Below, in pieces: positions 60,519 through 64,000 of a stretch of DNA of 64,000 bases; the first letter of the stretch is position 1; every line of letters begins with the position of its first letter. The DNA is from Eutreptiella sp. 'Long Island Sound 2002' (lineage: Eukaryota > Protista > Euglenida). A program made the position numbers and the translations under genes. Below the pieces are notes generated by a model. It was not told the DNA's origin. It ran no database searches and saw nothing but the letters and a program-made list of their open reading frames with translations. The DNA lies in the NCBI GenBank assembly GCA_964036045.1, contig OZ038378.1, positions 26,474,001 to 26,538,000 of the forward strand. The letters are read 5' to 3'.

Positions 60519-63079
60519 CTGTGGTGCGCCTATCTCAAAGGATAGAACTAACACTATTAGCACCACAGGACCGTCAATCAGCAGACCAGCGTGCGCACGA
60601 CCCAACAGGCGGGCTCACGCACACAGAGCATCAGGGATCGCAATTCTGAACTCAGCGATCTCCTGCTGGCATCCCTACCCTATCATCATAGGTCACTGGC
60701 AGACCTCTGGACTCAAACTCCTGCTGCTGTTTATCCCTTGTCTATCCTAACTCTGTGGTCACATTACACTCCCCTCCCAAGCCTGATGCCACCTGAAATG
60801 GCGTCAGACTGATAAGAAAATCAATGGACCACTGAGTGGAGCACCAGTGTAGACTGTTTGCTCTGATCGCTGCACCCAGAAGAAAAAACACATGTAAACA
60901 CTTGTAAAAATGTAGACCCTGGTACTGGTGCTGGTATTGGGCTCACAGTGATCACGCACTGGACAGACCAGTATTGCCAGCAGCACAGAGCTCCAAATGA
61001 TGCCAAAGGTCTCCACCTGCATCTCGAATGGCTTACACAAAGAGAAATTACATAATCTGTGCAGATCAACGTACCTGCACCAACTGGCGGAACTGTGCGA
61101 TCTCCAAAAATACAGTTCTCAGAGAGCGCTGCAGTATGTTGCCCTGTTCCACAATGCTCGCAGTGAGACCTGGGGTATTGGCGCTGGGGGTACGAAGGAG
61201 CAGCTGGTGTGAGAGCGAGCTTGCCACTACCTGTGACAAGCGCTTGGCCGTGGCCACGTGAGCGACACAAGGCGCCTGTGGTCAAGAGCGAGTATGGCTG
61301 TATGGGAGTTGAGCGGTGGACGCCTACATGCAGCGTGGCCGGTGTCTTTGAGGTGCAGTGCCTCAAGTGAGCCCTGCTGGAGTATTATTGAGACAGCGAG
61401 CGAAGCAGCAATGGCCCTGTGCTTGGCGGCGATGGGTACGCGCATGGACATCGCCAACAGCGCCAAGAGGAGATGCAGTCAACGTGCCTGGACCTGTGAC
61501 ATTGTGAACAAATTTTTGTGGTTGCTAAGTTGCTTTTGTTTGGGAAATTTATTATAAATTTTATTTCCATTCTCTGAGTGGGTGGAGCCCAGTGACAACT
61601 TGTGAGCTGAGCCCCAGTGCTGATATATGTCTTACTGAACATAGAGAAGAAGAGTAAGCACTTCTCTGTGAAGGGAGTGCCAATATGTACAGGATCGTTT
61701 TGTTTTCTCTTTTTTGATTGCTCTTGTTGATGTTGGCTCCAGGATGTACTGACTCCCGTGTGAAGGGAGTGCAGCAGTTTTCTTATTTGTACCAGCCACT
61801 CCTCTAAGGGTCGTGGCAGGTAAAATGTGAAGGGAGTGTAATAGGAAACTCTGGTAAAGGTATCTCTACCATCGTTCCCCATTGAACTGTAGTGATTTTC
61901 TGTTGGTTGGTAGTAATGAAGGCGACTTCCTGACAGAACTCGCAGAAGCGACCAGGAACGCGTGTGCGCGAGTACAGCAAAGTAAATATGATAGCAAACA
62001 ATGTAGGCTTTTGATTTTGTGATGATTTATTTTATTATTTATTGATTCCAAAACTATATGTTCATTTGTGCATAGGTGCATGGCCCTCCAGGGCAACCAC
62101 CCGTCAGCCCTGCCGATGAAGTCAGACGGGTGGTGGACAGAAACGGACATGCTCCAGATCAAGAACAAGATGTGTTAGTGCTTGTATGGAGGTCATCGGG
62201 GTTCAGGGAGCTGGAGGGGACGTTTACGGCGACTTATGCAAAATGGAGTGGAGTTTTGAAAATACGAGTTATGGATATGATTTTGGAAGGTGAGACAGAG
62301 TTACGGTTGAAAGCAAGGACAAAGTTTGAAAAGTATGATAAGTACTCACGGTCGGAAACCAACAGATTTGGGATTGTCAAATCCGAAGATCAGAATATGA
62401 GCCCAACAAAGACTACGCGTCAGCGTAGTTATAACACTGAGCATGGAGGTTGCTCTTGCCATGCTCTTTCTCTTTCTGCCGATCAGCAGTTTCGGCAGGT
62501 ACTGAGCCATCATCCCACTCAGGGGGGCATTGCTGCCCATAGTGCAGAGAATAGACTAGGGGTATCTCAGGGTCAAGCTGCGTGTAGGAATCATCGTCCT
62601 CCTCAGACCAGATGGAGATTTTTCCAGGTGTGTCTGAGGTAATGCAGCCGTTCTTGGCGCTCAATACCTTCGGCCTTCAGGTACAACAGCCGTCGGAGTT
62701 CCTGAGTGTCATGCTCAGACAGTGGCATGTTATTAGAAGCAGGCCGCGCTAGAGCATCAGGACTCTGAGCAACGGGTTCACCTGAGTGAGTATGCTGCAT
62801 GTGCAGCACCGGTTTCCCAACAGGGGAAGTTGGTTCTGAGGTTGACTCTAGGTCTACCTCTTCCACTAACAGCTGGGCCAGAAAGGCACTGTGTTTGAGT
62901 TCAACATAGCTGGGATCAACAGGAGGGATGGTGCTGGCGATTTTAGACAGTTGGTTGTCAGCATGCTCCTTTACAGCAGCAGGTTCCAGATAGCCATCGG
63001 GGTATTCACACCCTATAAATGTGGCAGATAGGTGCTCAAGAGATCGTTTTTTGAGATTAAAAGGGGTCAAGCCACGATT

Positions 63080-63560
63080 TTTGGCCATGACCTCTTTCAG
63101 TAGCAGCTGATCCAGATCACACAGGGGTACAGGGTTGAGGGATTGATTGACACGGGATAAGAAACTGGCCCACTCAGGGGCCTGCATAGCTGTGTCTGAG
63201 TCCTCAAGCACGTGAATGGGACTGTCGGGGAGTTGCACCCTTCCCACAGTCATTCTTTCCAGCATACGGCGCCAATAAGCGTGTTCACCTGAACAACCCC
63301 AGTCAGGGGTGCACATAACAACCCTTCCTCCCTCATAAGCGATTTTGGTTCAAACTTTCGCGAGCAGGGAGAAGGGAGGGTTAGCATACCCTAGGCCCAT
63401 TGCTTTCCAGAAGAAACAGAAAGCGTTGTTCAAATGTTTCGAGCAATACAACTGCATGATGTGCTGTTGTTGGCTCGCGAACAATTCCACCTGGATCTCA
63501 TCCAGGGTTACCTGAAGGGCCGCCAGTCCATTTTCAAGAATGTGACGGGCCAATTGGTAT
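63080..63560 (-). pseudogene. Dam-like DNA N6-adenine methyltransferase domain inside Gypsy pol
   Basis: VELFASQQQH (63487) ... LYCS...NAFCFFW ... YANPPFSLLAKV*TKIAYEGGRVVMCTPDW...YWRRML. NPPF at 63382-63371; single in-frame TGA at 63350-63352. Confidence 0.75.
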
Positions 63561-63599
63561 TTTTCAGCGCGATAGTTAGTCTTGGCGGCGTAGCGCAGC

Positions 63600-63984
63600 C
63601 CAGACTCTTTTCGTCCTGACAGCTCCAAAGGTACGGAGAAGAGCCCACTGCCAAAGTCGCAGTTCAGAGAATAGGTGCGTTGAAGAAAGAACATTTTTAC
63701 CTGGGGGTTTCTTCGTAGGAAGTCGGTGCCAATGACGATGCCAAAGGCGTCAGTATCCAACACTCTGCAGTGTGTTTGGTCACAGTTTTGTCGCCAAGAC
63801 AAATAGTCACATCGACACCCCCCAAGGAATGGATGGTACGCCCATCCCCTACTCTTAAGGCCACTGTCTTAGTTTTCTTGAAAGTCTTTAGCAGGCGCCG
63901 GGCCACTATAGAGAGTGTTGCGCCGGTGTCAAGCACTGCTCGGAAAAATTGAGCCCTGATTTTCACGAGGATCCAGAAAACCAA
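63600..63984 (-). pseudogene. Retropepsin-like aspartic protease of Gypsy pol
   Basis: AVLDTGATLSIV, VGDG flap, IVIGTDFLRR. Frameshift near 63790. Confidence 0.9.
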
Positions 63985-64000
63985 GTCCTCCTCTTCGGAG

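Larger units (their letters stand above)
57278..62436 (+). mobile_element. Nested non-autonomous LTR retroelement (TRIM/LARD-like) with three LTR copies and CTGAG TSD
   Basis: TSD CTGAG at 57273-57277 and 62437-62441. LTRs 57278-57877, 59000-59542 (3'-truncated) and 61837-62436, with TGTAATA...TATAACA termini. PBS-like TGGTAAGCAGAGT at 57878 and PPT-like AAAATGTGAAGGGAG before LTR2 and LTR3. 58283-58999 is duplicated at 61120-61836. Confidence 0.92.
53101..64000 (-). mobile_element. Ty3/Gypsy chromovirus, decayed, 5' end beyond window; interrupted by nested LTR element
   Basis: Domain order PR - (MTase) - RT - RH - IN - chromodomain on minus strand, purine tract, 3' LTR. The pol frame resumes across the CTGAG duplication (…NLHAQ|EDFLQKK…). 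Confidence 0.95.

Overview
Repeat-rich eukaryotic genomic DNA, probably from a large-genome protist; the taxon cannot be proven from the sequence. One host gene dominates: a 12-exon, GT-AG spliced, + strand gene (2039-41978) that I assembled by hand into a phase-consistent 2080-aa protein. It is a multi-pass membrane receptor-type class III nucleotide cyclase with an N-terminal TM block, a TmcB/TmcC-like helical/TPR region, four TM-flanked sensor modules and a C-terminal adenylate-cyclase-like domain lacking the catalytic Asn/Arg. Its introns hold a ~6 kb nested palindrome, MITE-like hairpins, a decayed unclassified transposase-like element with repeated 24-bp palindromes, a Penelope-like RT remnant and satellites. 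Downstream are DIRS-like and LINE-like remnants. From 53101 to the window end lies a decayed Ty3/Gypsy chromovirus on the minus strand, interrupted by a three-LTR non-autonomous element with a CTGAG target-site duplication. The most striking observation is that the Gypsy pol carries a Dam-like N6-adenine DNA methyltransferase domain (ELFAS...YANPPF) between protease and RT.
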